A stretch of DNA of 64,000 bases from the NCBI RefSeq assembly GCF_003704095.1, contig NW_020844822.1, positions 124,001 through 188,000 of the forward strand, in the 5' to 3' direction. The stretch comes from Pocillopora damicornis. Lineage: Eukaryota. This document shows positions 24,801-36,637 of this stretch, piece after piece; positions within the stretch are counted from its first letter, which is position 1; every line of letters begins with the position of its first letter. Below the pieces are notes generated by a model. It made no database searches, was not told the origin of the DNA, and saw only the letters and a program-made list of their open reading frames with translations. The position numbers were made by a program, and so were the translations under genes.

Positions 24801-25493
24801 CTATACTCACAAAAAAAGAAAAAAGTCGACGTATCAAGATACCTGTGCTCAGTCATGTTCAGGGTTGTAATTAGAAGTCAGTAGTTTGAGTAAACCTGCC
24901 AGCTGAAGCTATCAGACCATTTTGCACTGGCTCAAAGGCAGAAAATAAGTACTATCTGAACTAATTCTAACATCAATATCTGGCTGAAAAATAAGTTACT
25001 CAAATATTATCCTGAATGCTTGAAATCACATTCCCCAGACCCTCCTAGGAGGGCATGTTGCCGAGCAACATGCCATCTTTACTATGCAAGCATCATTCAA
25101 TTCAGCCACCCTCAGTTCAGTGCATTTTGTAATGACAATCCTGGTTTGTAATCATTCATCCTTCCCATAATGTTATTATTTGACTACAAAGAGCTAGTTT
25201 TGATGTTTCTACAATACATTATGGTTGCAATGTCACAGAAATAATCTACCAGCAGAATTCTCAACAAACCAGCTCCATTACATTCTTTTTCAAGAAAGGA
25301 CAAAAAAAGGAAATTTGACTTATGTTTTTTGGCAACAAAGTAATGATGACCACACTTCTATAAGTGCTTCTGAATCACACTTTGAACTCAAAANNNNNNN
25401 NNNNNNNNNNNNNNNNNNNNNNNNNNNNNNNNNNNNNNNNNNNNNNNNNNNNNNNNNNNNNNNNNNNNNNNNNNNNNNNNNNNNNNNNNNNNN

Positions 25494-25639
25494 TTGACAA
25501 TTTGAAGAGTTACCTGGGTCCAAATTTTGAGCTGATTGAAGATAAGCCAATGCCTTTCTTCATCAGAGAAACTGCTCGTAAAAACCAGTGGACTGTAGCA
25601 CATGCCACCATTTGGAAAAGAAGGCAGGCAACACCTTGA
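25494..25639 (+). CDS. Terminal exon (5'-truncated by gap) of the OvoA-like methyltransferase (consensus-like copy)
   Basis: DNLKSYLGPNFELIEDKPMPFFIRETARKNQWTVAHATIWKRRQATP*; reverse-complement paralog of 24603-24748. Confidence 0.8.
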
Positions 25640-26212
25640 ATCCAAACTCTTAGCAATGTTGTTTTAGGATATCTGGTTGAACTTTAGGTGCAAAAGTAAC
25701 GCAAACGAACTTCGACGAATTTCCTGACTTTTCGTGGCTTTTCGAGGGAATTCGGGTGTCCTTAAAGCTAAGACCTAAGACCCGGAAAACTAAGACCCTG
25801 TTTTTTTTTAGGGAAATCATCAAATTTCAGCTTCCTTTACCTTAAAGTGGTAAAATGAATAAAATAAATGCACTCACACTTAAAAAATAACAATTTAGTT
25901 GTATTTTTTTCCGGTATGGCTAGCCTCTTCCAGACTTTCAGTTTATAGTTGGGGCGCAGCGCGAAAGACTGGGCGCGAGAAAAAAATGTAATAAAAAGCG
26001 CGGCGAGAGGGGGCTACGGGTATGGAAAACGAAACTATTTCCGGTTGTCGCAGTGTGGCGTTACACCGTGTACTAAAGTTTGCGAAAAAACGAACGAAGC
26101 AAAGCAGTGCTTTGTCTACTTTGCAAAACGTTATTTTTCGAAAAGGTGCTTTGCGTTTTTCGTTTTCTTACCTCCGTATTATCACTAGAACGTATTACTT
26201 TGAAGCTACTTA

Positions 26213-26660
26213 CTTGACGCGTGATAAACCTGATGTGCAACGTCCTTCCTGGCTCTTGGGTCTTGCTCATCAATCTCCTCCGCTCCAGACTCTAACCCAC
26301 CATCTGTCATATCTGATTGCGAAACCAAAGACTCGACGATTTCTCCCTTCTCAACATTGGCGCTATAAACAAGCTCCGGCTAGCTAGGATCAGAAGGCTT
26401 GCGAAAGTCTAACTGTTTTCCAAATGCTCCTTTCGGTCGTTGCTTGAGCTTTGATGACCTGTAGTCCCTGATGTTTAAGCCTTCCTCGTTTAGGTGTGAA
26501 ACAAATTTTCCAACAAGTTCTATCATGTTGAGGATTCTTGTTTTAATAATGACTTCACTTTGACGATAATGACACAATTTGCTAAATACTTTGCTGTAGC
26601 CTCGCTTTGCTGAGCTTCGAGCTTTGTTAGTGCCTCAAGGCGAACATAATTCTTTTAGCA
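26213..26660 (-). pseudogene. Decayed fragment of a transposon-type protein
   Basis: Frame EVIIKTRILNMIEL...YRSSKLKQRPKGAFGKQLDFRKPSDPS*PELVYSANVEKGEIVE continues past an in-frame stop and resembles repeat-derived cnidarian hypothetical proteins; superfamily not assigned. Confidence 0.4.
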
Positions 26661-29522
26661 CGATCTGTGGTATTTAATCTCNNNNNNNNNNNNNNNNNNN
26701 NNNNNNNNNNNNNNNNNNNNNNNNNNNNNNNNNNNNNNNNNNNNNNNNNNNNNNNNNNNNNNNNNNNNNNNNNNNNNNNNNGTGAAGCCTCCTCACTGGC
26801 TGGGAAAAAGATGTGATTTAAAGCAAAAAATGGTGCAATTCAAGAATAAATCGCACCAATTAGAGCCAATCAGATTACAGGGNNNNNNNNNNATTTCAAA
26901 ATGGGTGTAATAAATAATGGTAATTGAACTGAGCAGAGTGCAGTTTGGGCTGAAATCATATGCGTGATTTCAAAATCGAATGAGTGCGCAGCGCAAGTTC
27001 AATTTGAAATCACTAGTATGATTTCAGACCAAAATTGCACGACACGAGGTTCAATNNNNNNNNNNNNNNNNNNNNNNNNNNNNNNNNNNNNNACAGGACT
27101 TGGTCAGTTCAAACATTTTATTGATGCAGTACTGAGTGGGTCTGAAATTAAATTCATCCACTTTTTGGGGGGGAAAAGTAAGAGTTTTGGAAACAAAAGT
27201 TGCAAAATNNNNNNNNNNATACTCTGTCTTTCTTTTTCCTGCAATTTGATCAGTTACTTTAAATAAGCCTTGAAATCTGATTGGTCATTTNNNNNNNNNN
27301 GTAGCCTCCCCATTGCCTGGGAAAAAGATGCGATTTAAAGCAAAAAATGGTGCAATTCGTCAATAAATCACCTCAATTAGAGCTAATCAGATAACAGGGA
27401 CCACCAATGATTTCAAAATGGGTGTAATAAAGCCTAAAACAAGTAATGAATACAGTTATACNNNNNNNNNNNNNNNNNNNNNNNNNNNNNNNNNNNNNNN
27501 NNNNNNNNNNNNNNNNNNNNNNNNNNNNNNNNNNNNNNNNNNNNNNNNNNNNNNNNNNNNNNNNNNNNNNNNNNNNNNNNNNNNNNNNNNNNNNNNNNNN
27601 NNNNNNNNNNNNNNNNNNNNNNNNNNNNNNNNNNNNNNNNNNNNNNNNNNNNNNNNNNNNNNNNNNNNNNNNNNNNNNNNNNNNNNNNNNNNNNNNNNNN
27701 NNNNNNNNNNNNNNNNNNNNNNNNNNNNNNNNNNNNNNNNNNNNNNNNNNNNNNNNNNNNNNNNNNNNNNNNNNNNNNNNNNNNNNNNNNNNNNNNNNNN
27801 NNNNNNNNNNNNNNNNNNNNNNNNNNNNNNNNNNNNNNNNNNNNNNNNNNNNNNNNNNNNNNNNNNNNNNNNNNNNNNNNNNNNNNNNNNNNNNNNNNNN
27901 NNNNNNNNNNNNNNNNNNNNNNNNNNNNNNNNNNNNNNNNNNNNNNNNNNNNNNNNNNNNNNNNNNNNNNNNNNNNNNNNNNNNNNNNNNNNNNNNNNNN
28001 NNNNNNNNNNNNNNNNNNNNNNNNNNNNNNAGCTCCGTGATTCAATAGAGCAGGGACCCTTTGTCTTAATGCTTGCTTTGCACTGAACAATAAGAACATT
28101 TAGAAGTATATTATACAGTAAATATACACATTTTATGGCAACAACTTAAAACTTTTATATATTTTGATGATGAACGAGAAGCATAGAAACCAAAAAAAAN
28201 NNNNNNNNNNNNNNNNNNNNNNNNNNNNNNNNNNNNNNNNNNNNNNNNNNNNNNNNNNNNNNNNNNNNNNNNNNNNNNNNNNNNNNNNNNNNNNNNNNNT
28301 ATGAACCAATTGTATTATAACATTTTCAACATTTGGAATACGCACCCAAGTCAATAGACAATTTGGTGTCGACGATTTAAAAACGTCTGCTTGAAAACCC
28401 CGCCGACATGTCAAAAAACATGAAGTAACACTTCTTTTCTAAATTATTTTCAGCTGAGGTACTGACATCATTCGCATATCAGTGCCGCGGCGCCGACGAC
28501 CGCCTTCGCATCCAGTGCAAGACAAGCGTTGCCAAACGATGCCAAAACCTCCGCAAGAACAGGCCAAACTAGGATCGATGCCATTTGTTTCGTTTTTGCT
28601 CATTAGTTTCTGTATTTACTGTAATTAGTCAATGAATAAAGGCAGAGAAGTATTTGTAACTGACTTTTGGGATTCAACATCGAATTTAGCGAATTTAGCG
28701 TCGGAATAAGCGTGATGCAACTTACATCGGATTTATTTGTCTCTGCAAGGAAAATAAAAAAGATCATTCGAACAATGGGGAAGGTTTTCGTCAGGGTGGA
28801 ATTAGAATAAGGGTACCAAACGGTGCTAGGTCTCTCTTGCCTGCAAAGTAAGCTTTTGAATCCTCTTTCATATTACTATCCAAACTTCCCACGTTAATTA
28901 CGGAATTCAAATTTGTTCATGTGTGAACGTAATCTGCGAAAACTAAAAGAAACATTCGGATACCATATCGGCCAAAAACGTGTGTGCTGTTCATTGAAGT
29001 CAAAAGCGATGCAGAAAATTTACTATTACAAAAGCATCTGATGACAATGATCAGAACAATCTTATGTTTTGTCTTTTCTGATATAAAACCAAACTTAAAG
29101 TCTTTATTCTTGGTAAGTTAAGCGATTATTTCTCATCGTTTGTATTCGTGACTTTAAAACTTCAGCCGAGGACCTGTCGTGTATTTTGTGAACGTTATTT
29201 GAATGATAGATCGCGAAAATCGCATGGTAAACGATTAAGTCTGTCCAGCGCGAAATTTCGAGCAGTAGGCAATAAACCGACGCTTTTTATCGCGAAATTT
29301 CGCCGAACTTACGTTTCGAAGCGAAAATTCGACGAAATGGCGCTCTTTGTTCAACGGGCAATCCTCTGCCTTTGACCTCCTACAACAAAAATATCAGTGA
29401 AAGGTCTATTTTATAAATAATCATATAGTTTGTGGCAATTGGTCGATTCTAAGTTTCTGAATTCAATGTAATAATTGCTGCAATGCATTTACTTTTATTA
29501 AAGGCTGGTAATACTATTAATT

Positions 29523-29712
29523 AACAATTCGTTCATATGTCAGCGTGTGTTCATCGAGATATGAAGCATACGGGAAGTTTGGAGAGCACGAAAGATGCGT
29601 AAGAGTTGCTCGAGGCATGGCCGAGAGCAACTTTAGCTTCTTGAGTGCTCTCCAAACTTCCTAAGTGCTTCATATCTCGATGAACGCACAGCTGATGTAT
29701 GAACCAACTGTT
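29523..29712. mobile_element. Long hairpin MITE
   Basis: GTTCATCGAGATATGAAGCA..GGAAGTTTGGAGAGCAC pairs with GTGCTCTCCAAACTTCC..TGCTTCATATCTCGATGAAC along the whole length. Confidence 0.85.
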
Positions 29713-30689
29713 TTAAAACATTTTCAACCCGATGGAAAGTTTTCTTTCTCGAGGAATTTGTTTGCTGGTTTCTAGCTTCTTGATAATTTCGCCGAACTTT
29801 CGCTTCGAAGCGAAAATTCGACGAAATAGCGCTCTTTGTTCATCAGAAAATTCGCTCAAAAAGCCTCGAATTGTCATTCGAACTTTCGCACGAAATTTCG
29901 AAGAAAGTTCGCGAGAAAAAAAGACGAAATTCGGGCATTTCGCTTGCGTTACTTTTGCACAATACTGTGGTCGATTTCTCACAAAGTTGAATAAATTCAT
30001 GTCACTATCTTAAGAACTACGAAAAATTAGTCTACACTGTCCAAGCTGAAGGAGACTTGTGTCCGAACCTGTGGCAGAAGTCGATGCGTTATATCAGTCA
30101 TATCTAAATTGAAATGTCGGAGAACCTGGAAAAGAAAATATTCTTCAGAGAGAAATGACGCCCCAACGCAACCACCTCCCCAACGTTGTTCTTTTCCTTC
30201 CCGATCACTTACGCTGTCAGTAAACTGTGATAGGGCGTGCCTTTTTTGGCGGATGCGCAATAAAGTAGCAGAGCACGAATCGGCGGCAAGTATTTACCAC
30301 CATTTACTGTTTCGCTCTGTGCCTGAAACAGGCTTAGAAACGCTTTAAACATAGTACATGTATTCAGTTAGCTAGTTAGTCAGAAACATTCAATTGCTTT
30401 ATTGAGATTTCCTAACCCATACCATATCTGTTGTTTTGCTACTTCTAGAGGAAAAAAGTCTCTTAACGTGCCACCAATAAAATATTACTTTCAACTCTTT
30501 TTAGCCATTTTCCATTTCCGTTGCCCCCATTCGCTTAAAAATTCGCTTAAAAATTAGTTCTGGTAGATCGAGTGCACTTGCCCTAAGCGATGACCTGTTC
30601 ACCCGAGCACCAAATCGGAGATCCTGTCTACGTCAGGTCGTTTACTTCGGCGAATTAATCTGTAATACTTCTTCAAGTTTCTACCAATT

Positions 30690-31476
30690 ATGGAGAAAAG
30701 TCTTATGATTGCCTCGGCTAGCGCGCTAGGTGCTTCTGCTCTGACGTTACTGGCTTGTCGTTATCTTTCCAATAGATGCGAAGCGCACGATAACGTGTAT
30801 GAGACAGAAAAATTTTTCGGGGAATATCTTATTTTCCACTTTGGCAAACCAGATGAACTGTTACCATATGGCTTTGGTCCTCATGACTCTCTTGATTTTC
30901 CCAAGCGATGTGCATTGGAGTGTATTAAACATATTGGGGTGAGTTAACAATCGTAAATTTTTCACTGTACAAGTAAAGAATATGCTAATGAACGTAAATT
31001 TTAATTCTATTCCGCAATAATTTGCACGGAATTTCGAATATAAAGTTTAAGGTATGTCAAAGTAATTTGAATTCTGGCCACTGCACGTAGATGAACTCCT
31101 TATTTCCACACTGTAGAATTAAGTGTTTCTCATGTACGGATGGTCCTCTTACAACCTCAGCTTTGGAGGAAAAGACCATAACATCTGACTAAATTTGAAT
31201 TCTTTCTTTATTGTATGTTCGCTAAAAAGTGATTAAACTATTAAATCTCGATCTCTTTAGGATAATGTGCCGAGCATTGCTCTCGACATAGGATGTGCTG
31301 TTGGTCGATCTTCATTTGAATTAGCCAAGAGGTTTGATCAAGTTGTAGGAATTGATTTTTCCCATGGTTTTATTAATGCCTGCAATCAACTCAAGACTTA
31401 TGGAAGATTGGAGTACTCTGTCCAAACTGAAGGAAGTCTTGTGTCTAAACATGTTGCTGAGGTTGATCTTGACATT
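30690..31476 (+). CDS. OvoA C-terminal-like SAM-dependent methyltransferase, copy A, exons 1-2 (30690-30938, 31261-31476)
   Basis: YET.K..GEYLIFHFG, FGPHDSLDFPKRCA and SAM motif I ALDIGCAVGRSSFELA..FDQVVGIDFS, as in the 5-thiohistidine N-methyltransferase domain of OvoA and its stand-alone bacterial homologs. Confidence 0.85.
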
Positions 31477-32637
31477 GTAAGTAAGTCACATTGTACAATG
31501 TTTGTCTCAGTGGGGTTACAAGTGAGAAAAGTCATCTCAACAATGTAGGTGTTTCTACTTTGTATTAGCTGGGGAAATACTAAGATATGATATTGACCAA
31601 TCATAAGATCTGATTGGCTGGATGTTAGTGAAATGATCATTTTACACATAGTACTTAATTTATTTCATTTTAATTTTTTTGTATTGGCACAGCATTGTTG
31701 TTGTTTTTTTTTAGAAGGCGATCAGGGGGGAATGGGGTATAGGAAACGTTAAACTTTGAAAATTTTCAGTAGGTAGCACTTAGGAACCTTTTTCCAGAAT
31801 GTGCACTTGTCCCTTAAAAGTAGGTTCCTTAACCCTTTGATACCAAGAGTGACAAGCATCTAATTTTTCATTACAATATCACCCATGAATAACACATCAT
31901 AATCATAAGAATAAAGGAATTGATCACCAACTAAAGAAGCTCTCGATTATGAGGCAAAGTCTCACATCAGCACCTTTGGAAATGTATGGAGAACAGTAAG
32001 GAGAATATGCATACTGATGTTAGGATATAAAGGGTTAGATAAAGTTGGTAGATGCAAAGGTCACAGGAGCATATTTACCAGCTAGTATCAAAGTGATAAT
32101 TTGTGTTTGTCTTGCTTATTTTCCAAGGAGTAGTTGTGATGTATGTGGTGTGTGACATTAGCTACAACTTTGTATCTTTTTTTNNNNNNNNNNNNNNNNN
32201 NNNNNNNNNNNNNNNNNNNNNNNNNNNNNNNNNNNNNNNNNNNNNNNNNNNNNNNNNNNNNNNNNNNNNNNNNNNNNNNNNNNTCCTTTATTCTTATTAT
32301 TGTAATGTGTTATTGATGGCTGATATTGTAATGAGAAGTCAGATGCTTGTCACTCTTAGGTATCAGAGGGTTAAGGAACCTCCTTTTAAGGGACAATTGC
32401 GCATTCTGGGAAAGGTTCCTAAGTGTTACCTACTGAAAATTTTTAAAGTTTAACATTTCCTGTACCACTATGTGTAAAATGATAACTTCACTAACATCCA
32501 GCCAATCAGATCTTTTGATTGGTCAATATTATACCTTAGTATTTCCCCATCTAATACAAAGTAGAAACACCTACATTGTTGAGATGACTTTTCTCAAACC
32601 CCACTGAAACAAACATTGTACAATGTGACTTACTTAC

Positions 32638-33424
32638 AATGTCAAGATCAACCTCAGCGACATGTTTAGACACAAGACTTCCTTCAGTTTGGACAGAGTA
32701 CTCCAATCTTCCATATGTCTTGAGTTGATTGCAGGCATTTATAAAACCATGGGAAAAATCGATTCCTACAACTTGATCAAATCTCTTGGCTAGTTCAAAA
32801 GAAGATCGACCAACTGCACATCCTATGTCGAGAGCAATGCTCGGCACATTATCCTAGAGATCGAGATTTAATAGTTTAATCACTTTTCAGGGAACATACA
32901 ATAAAGAAAGAATTCAAATTTAGTCAGATGTCATGGTCTGTTCCAGATGTTGTAAGAGAACCATCCGTACAAGAGAAACACTTAATTCTACAGTGTGGAA
33001 ATAAGGAGTTAGTTGCCACACTTCATCCACGTGCAGTGGCCAGAATTCAAATTACTTTGACATACCTTAAACTTTATATTCGAAATTCCTTGCAGATTAT
33101 TGCGGAATAGATTAAAATTTACGTACATCAGCATATTCTTTCCTTGTACAGTGAAAAATTTACGATTGTACTCACCCCAATATGTTTAATACATTCCAAC
33201 GCACATCGCTTGGGAAAATCAAGAGAGTCATGGGGACCAAAGCCATATGGTAACAGTTCATCTGGTTTGCCAAAGTGGAAAATAAGATATTCGCCGATTA
33301 ATTTTTCTGTCTCATACACGTTATCGTGCGCTTCGCGTCTCTTGGAAAGAAAACGACAAGCCAGTAACGTCAGAGCAGAAGCACCTAGCGCGCTAGCCGA
33401 GGCAATCATAAGACTTTTCTCCAT
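32638..33424 (-). CDS. OvoA C-terminal-like SAM-dependent methyltransferase, copy B, exons 1-2 (33424-33176, 32853-32638)
   Basis: Near-identical to copy A in opposite orientation. Exon 2 peptide is identical; exon 1 differs (FLSKRREA/EKLIGEY versus YLSNRCEA/EKFFGEY). Confidence 0.85.
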
Positions 33425-33904
33425 GATTGGTAGAAACTTGAAGAAGTATTACAGACTAATTCGCCGATGTAAACTACCGGCACGTGGAAAGGTCTCCGAT
33501 TTGGTGCTTAGTGACCAGGTCATCGTGTAGGGGAAGTGTGCTCCACCGGAACTGATGTTTCAAAAAAAGCGAATGGGGGCAACGGAAATGGCACATGGCT
33601 AAGAAGAGTTTAAAGTTATATTTTATCGGTGGCACGCAACGACAACAAAACAACAGATATAGTAGGGGTTGGGAAATAATTTCGGCTCCATGACGGCGGT
33701 TAGTCGCAGGCATAAGACCAAACGAAGGAGCATCGATACAGTACACTACTAACAATATTTTGTGATCTCACCTCGGTATCGCTTGTGTCGAATATGTAGT
33801 ATCGCCATCTCCCTATCCTTATTTTAAGGCCTCCTAGTGATATTCTTGAAGGATCACGAAGCCTTTTGGCTTTGGCTGGCCAGGCTTACGTGAGCATTTC
33901 AGTT

Positions 33905-34286
33905 TCATCTAACCAGGTGAATTCGATTTGCGTGTAGAAATAAAGTTTCGGCAGAAAATGGTTTATTGGAACTGAAGTGTCGGTGCCTTTCCGTTTTTCT
34001 TTGTGTGCAGGTGATGAAGAGCTTTTTCCCGAAATTTTCAACACGGTAAATTTCATCGATATGTTTCATTCCCAATTTCTTGCTTTTATCTAGAACTGAA
34101 CTTCGCCCCACATGTGCCCACATTTTCCTTTATAAATCCTGTATTGTTGTGGTGTTTTGACAAGAATAGAGAGCTGGATTTACCTGTCGGTTTCTTCGTT
34201 AAAAACGATGTCCTGGATCTTTTGTTTTTGGCGGGTAACAAAAACGTCGTCTCTGTAGCGGAAGTGTGTTCTTCTGGAAGTGACAT
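33905..34286 (-). CDS. Possible small two-exon orphan gene (~95 aa, basic). Exons 34286-34184 and 34089-33905
   Basis: ATG-initiated frame, GTAAAT donor and TTCTAG acceptor joining in phase across a 94-nt intron; no homology recognised. Confidence 0.25.
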
Positions 34287-34471
34287 TTTGAGCAACTGAA
34301 AAATATATTGGGAAGCATTCGTATTTCCTCCTGCTAGAAATGATTATTAGGTCCTTTTCTAGGGATTTCTGAGTTAAAAAGTAAACGGTAAAAGGCCGAA
34401 TATAACTAACCAGCCAGATGTAAATAATACACTCTTTATATAACAATTTTTATTCCGATTTCATTACTTCC

Positions 34472-34543
34472 GGGGATGTAGCTCAGTGGTAGAGCGCCCG
34501 CTTCGCATGCGGGAGGCCCGGGGTTCAAATCCCCGCATCTCCA
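34472..34543 (+). tRNA. tRNA-Ala (anticodon CGC)
   Basis: GGGGATG/CATCTCC acceptor stem with G3:U70, A-box TAGCTCAGTGG, anticodon arm CCCGC-TTCGCAT-GCGGG, B-box GGTTCAAATCC, T-run terminator ~25 bp downstream. Confidence 0.97.
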
Positions 34544-36637
34544 GATCAAAACTACAGAGGTGAATATCTTTTTTATTTTGAAACTTGATTCTTTTTTTCT
34601 AATTTGGAATTATCGCTCACAAGCAAAGTATCTTTATCATTCTTTCTGTTTTCGACTGGAAACGAAATCATCTAATTTTAGCTAAGGAAGATTTTCTTAC
34701 TCTGAGGTGTCAATCAAACACTGTTAACGATTCACACCCTAACATTAATATCTAAATTCTCCACACTTTTCTCAATTTGTTTTCTATGATATTGTCTGGG
34801 AGAATTTATTGGACGGTAAGGAGCGTCCTGGATTGGTGATCATTTCCCTTATTTTCGTGACCTTAGTGAGTGATTCAAGAGTGATATTGTAAGAAGAAAC
34901 TAGTGCTGTTAATCTTAAGGGATAAAGGATCGACAATAATCTACCTTGGTTCAACAACTTTATTATAGCATTGCTTTTGCCAACAGTATATTGCCTATTG
35001 CATCAGTAAAAAAGAGGATAAATATCACAATTAAGACTAATATCACAAAATTACTCGATTACATAACAACACAGCTAGGGTCTGGGAACCAATGACTACG
35101 ATGTTCTCTTGCTATAATTATAATCAACCAATCAAATTCCTCTTTATGCAGCCAAAAAAAATTAACTCACAATCAGAGCGTTTCCCTTGATGTAATCCAC
35201 ATCACTTACAAGGGAACCTTTGTTCCCATAAGATGTGGAACACCAAAGGTCCAGTTCAAACGTCGAACTTTTCATGTGCCGAACCGAGTATTAGTTTGGG
35301 TTGACCCAAATAATTAAGTTCAGCAGTTGATTTAAACATGAAATCTAATTAGTCAACCTTGATTGGCTCTTTAAGTGTTTTCTTTCTTCTGATTGGACAC
35401 TTAACTTTGTTTTAAATTTGGCTTCACAACCCTTCAAAATGTGGAAAAGTGTCCTAATCCAAGACCATTTTTTTTTTTGAGGTAGACATTTTGAAAAGTG
35501 TTCTCTGATATACCAGCTAGAAAGACGGCCTCTCTATTGCTATCTATTGAAAAACGAAAGAGGTGGGGTGGGGTAGGACTTAAGTGTTTATGATGCAGTG
35601 AAACCCATTATAAAACACAAAGGCAACTTGAGGAGGGAAACGTTTATTTTACAAATCTCACACCCAATTGCCCTACAGAGCAACTATTACAGTAATAATT
35701 GACTTACTTACCAAGGTTTTCAGTTAAATACATCTTATTAAGAATCTTGATTTCCATACAAATCCGTAAATTATCACGTTATCAAAGATGCAATTGCAAC
35801 CCAAGGATAATTTTCTTTTTGTATGCGAAGTAGTACCAAAACTAATTTTACCAGGAGAATATGTTTAACTTAATACAAAAATGCATATTACACTCACCAA
35901 TTTTGATTGATTTGATACTCATTTACAAAAAATTAGTTAAATATTTTTACTGCTACATTTTTTTAAGAGTAACATGAACCTTATAATTTACGAATATACC
36001 ACAGTGGAAAATGACAAGTTGGGTGACAGAGTAATCTGGCTTTAAAGCCATCCACTCAATAACTCCCAATATCAGTTAATTCTCCCCCTAGCTACAGCAC
36101 ATTTCCTTGTAAATTAGTTATGTGAACTTGATGCTAGATCAAGATAACAACTTCTACCTATTAATAGGTTTAAGTTTTCATGTTACTTGTTTGCAGGATG
36201 GTGTTTGGATATCAAGAGGAGATGTTACATGCTAATAATATCACTTCTGAGAGTTACAGGGTAAATCACAACTCAGAGGAGAAAGTCACAAAGTAACAGT
36301 CCAAATTAAAAAGCTTTTGTTTGACAGATAAATCAGAACAGATGTACCTCAACATTACATAAATGATGTAACTTGAAGCATTAACTCACAAACCAGCAAA
36401 ACGATTAAAACAAGAAAAAAGACCACTGTTTGGTGGCCAATGGCATAAGGGCAGCCATGGACACATTAATTGTATGCCCAAGCTTAATTACCTTTTAGTT
36501 TTTAGCTTGACTCATCTTTACTCAATCTCACCATCATTTATTATCATTTGGTTCTTTCCAGATCTCACAACTTTTCACCATACAAGTCACAAATGATGTA
36601 AGTCAATGCTAATAACCTGAAAAGAGCCTCTTACAGT

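Larger units (their letters stand above)
25688..29960. mobile_element. Putative TIR-bounded composite non-autonomous element
   Basis: Left end GTGCAAAAGTAACGCAAACGAA; right end TTCGCTTGCGTTACTTTTGCAC (21/22 inverted match); TTCG/CGAA-rich subterminal repeats at both ends; several internal gaps. Confidence 0.45.

Noticed and set aside
28467-28583. 38-codon hydrophobic minus-strand ORF (MASILVWPVLAEVLASFG...)
   Set aside because: Short, inside a repeat-rich composite, no recognisable family.
30410-33680. A genuine 3.2-kb palindromic, tail-to-tail gene pair producing dsRNA
   Set aside because: The centre is a 100-N gap of unknown size, both copies lack 3' exons there, and the missing terminal exons flank another gap; mis-orientation explains all of it.
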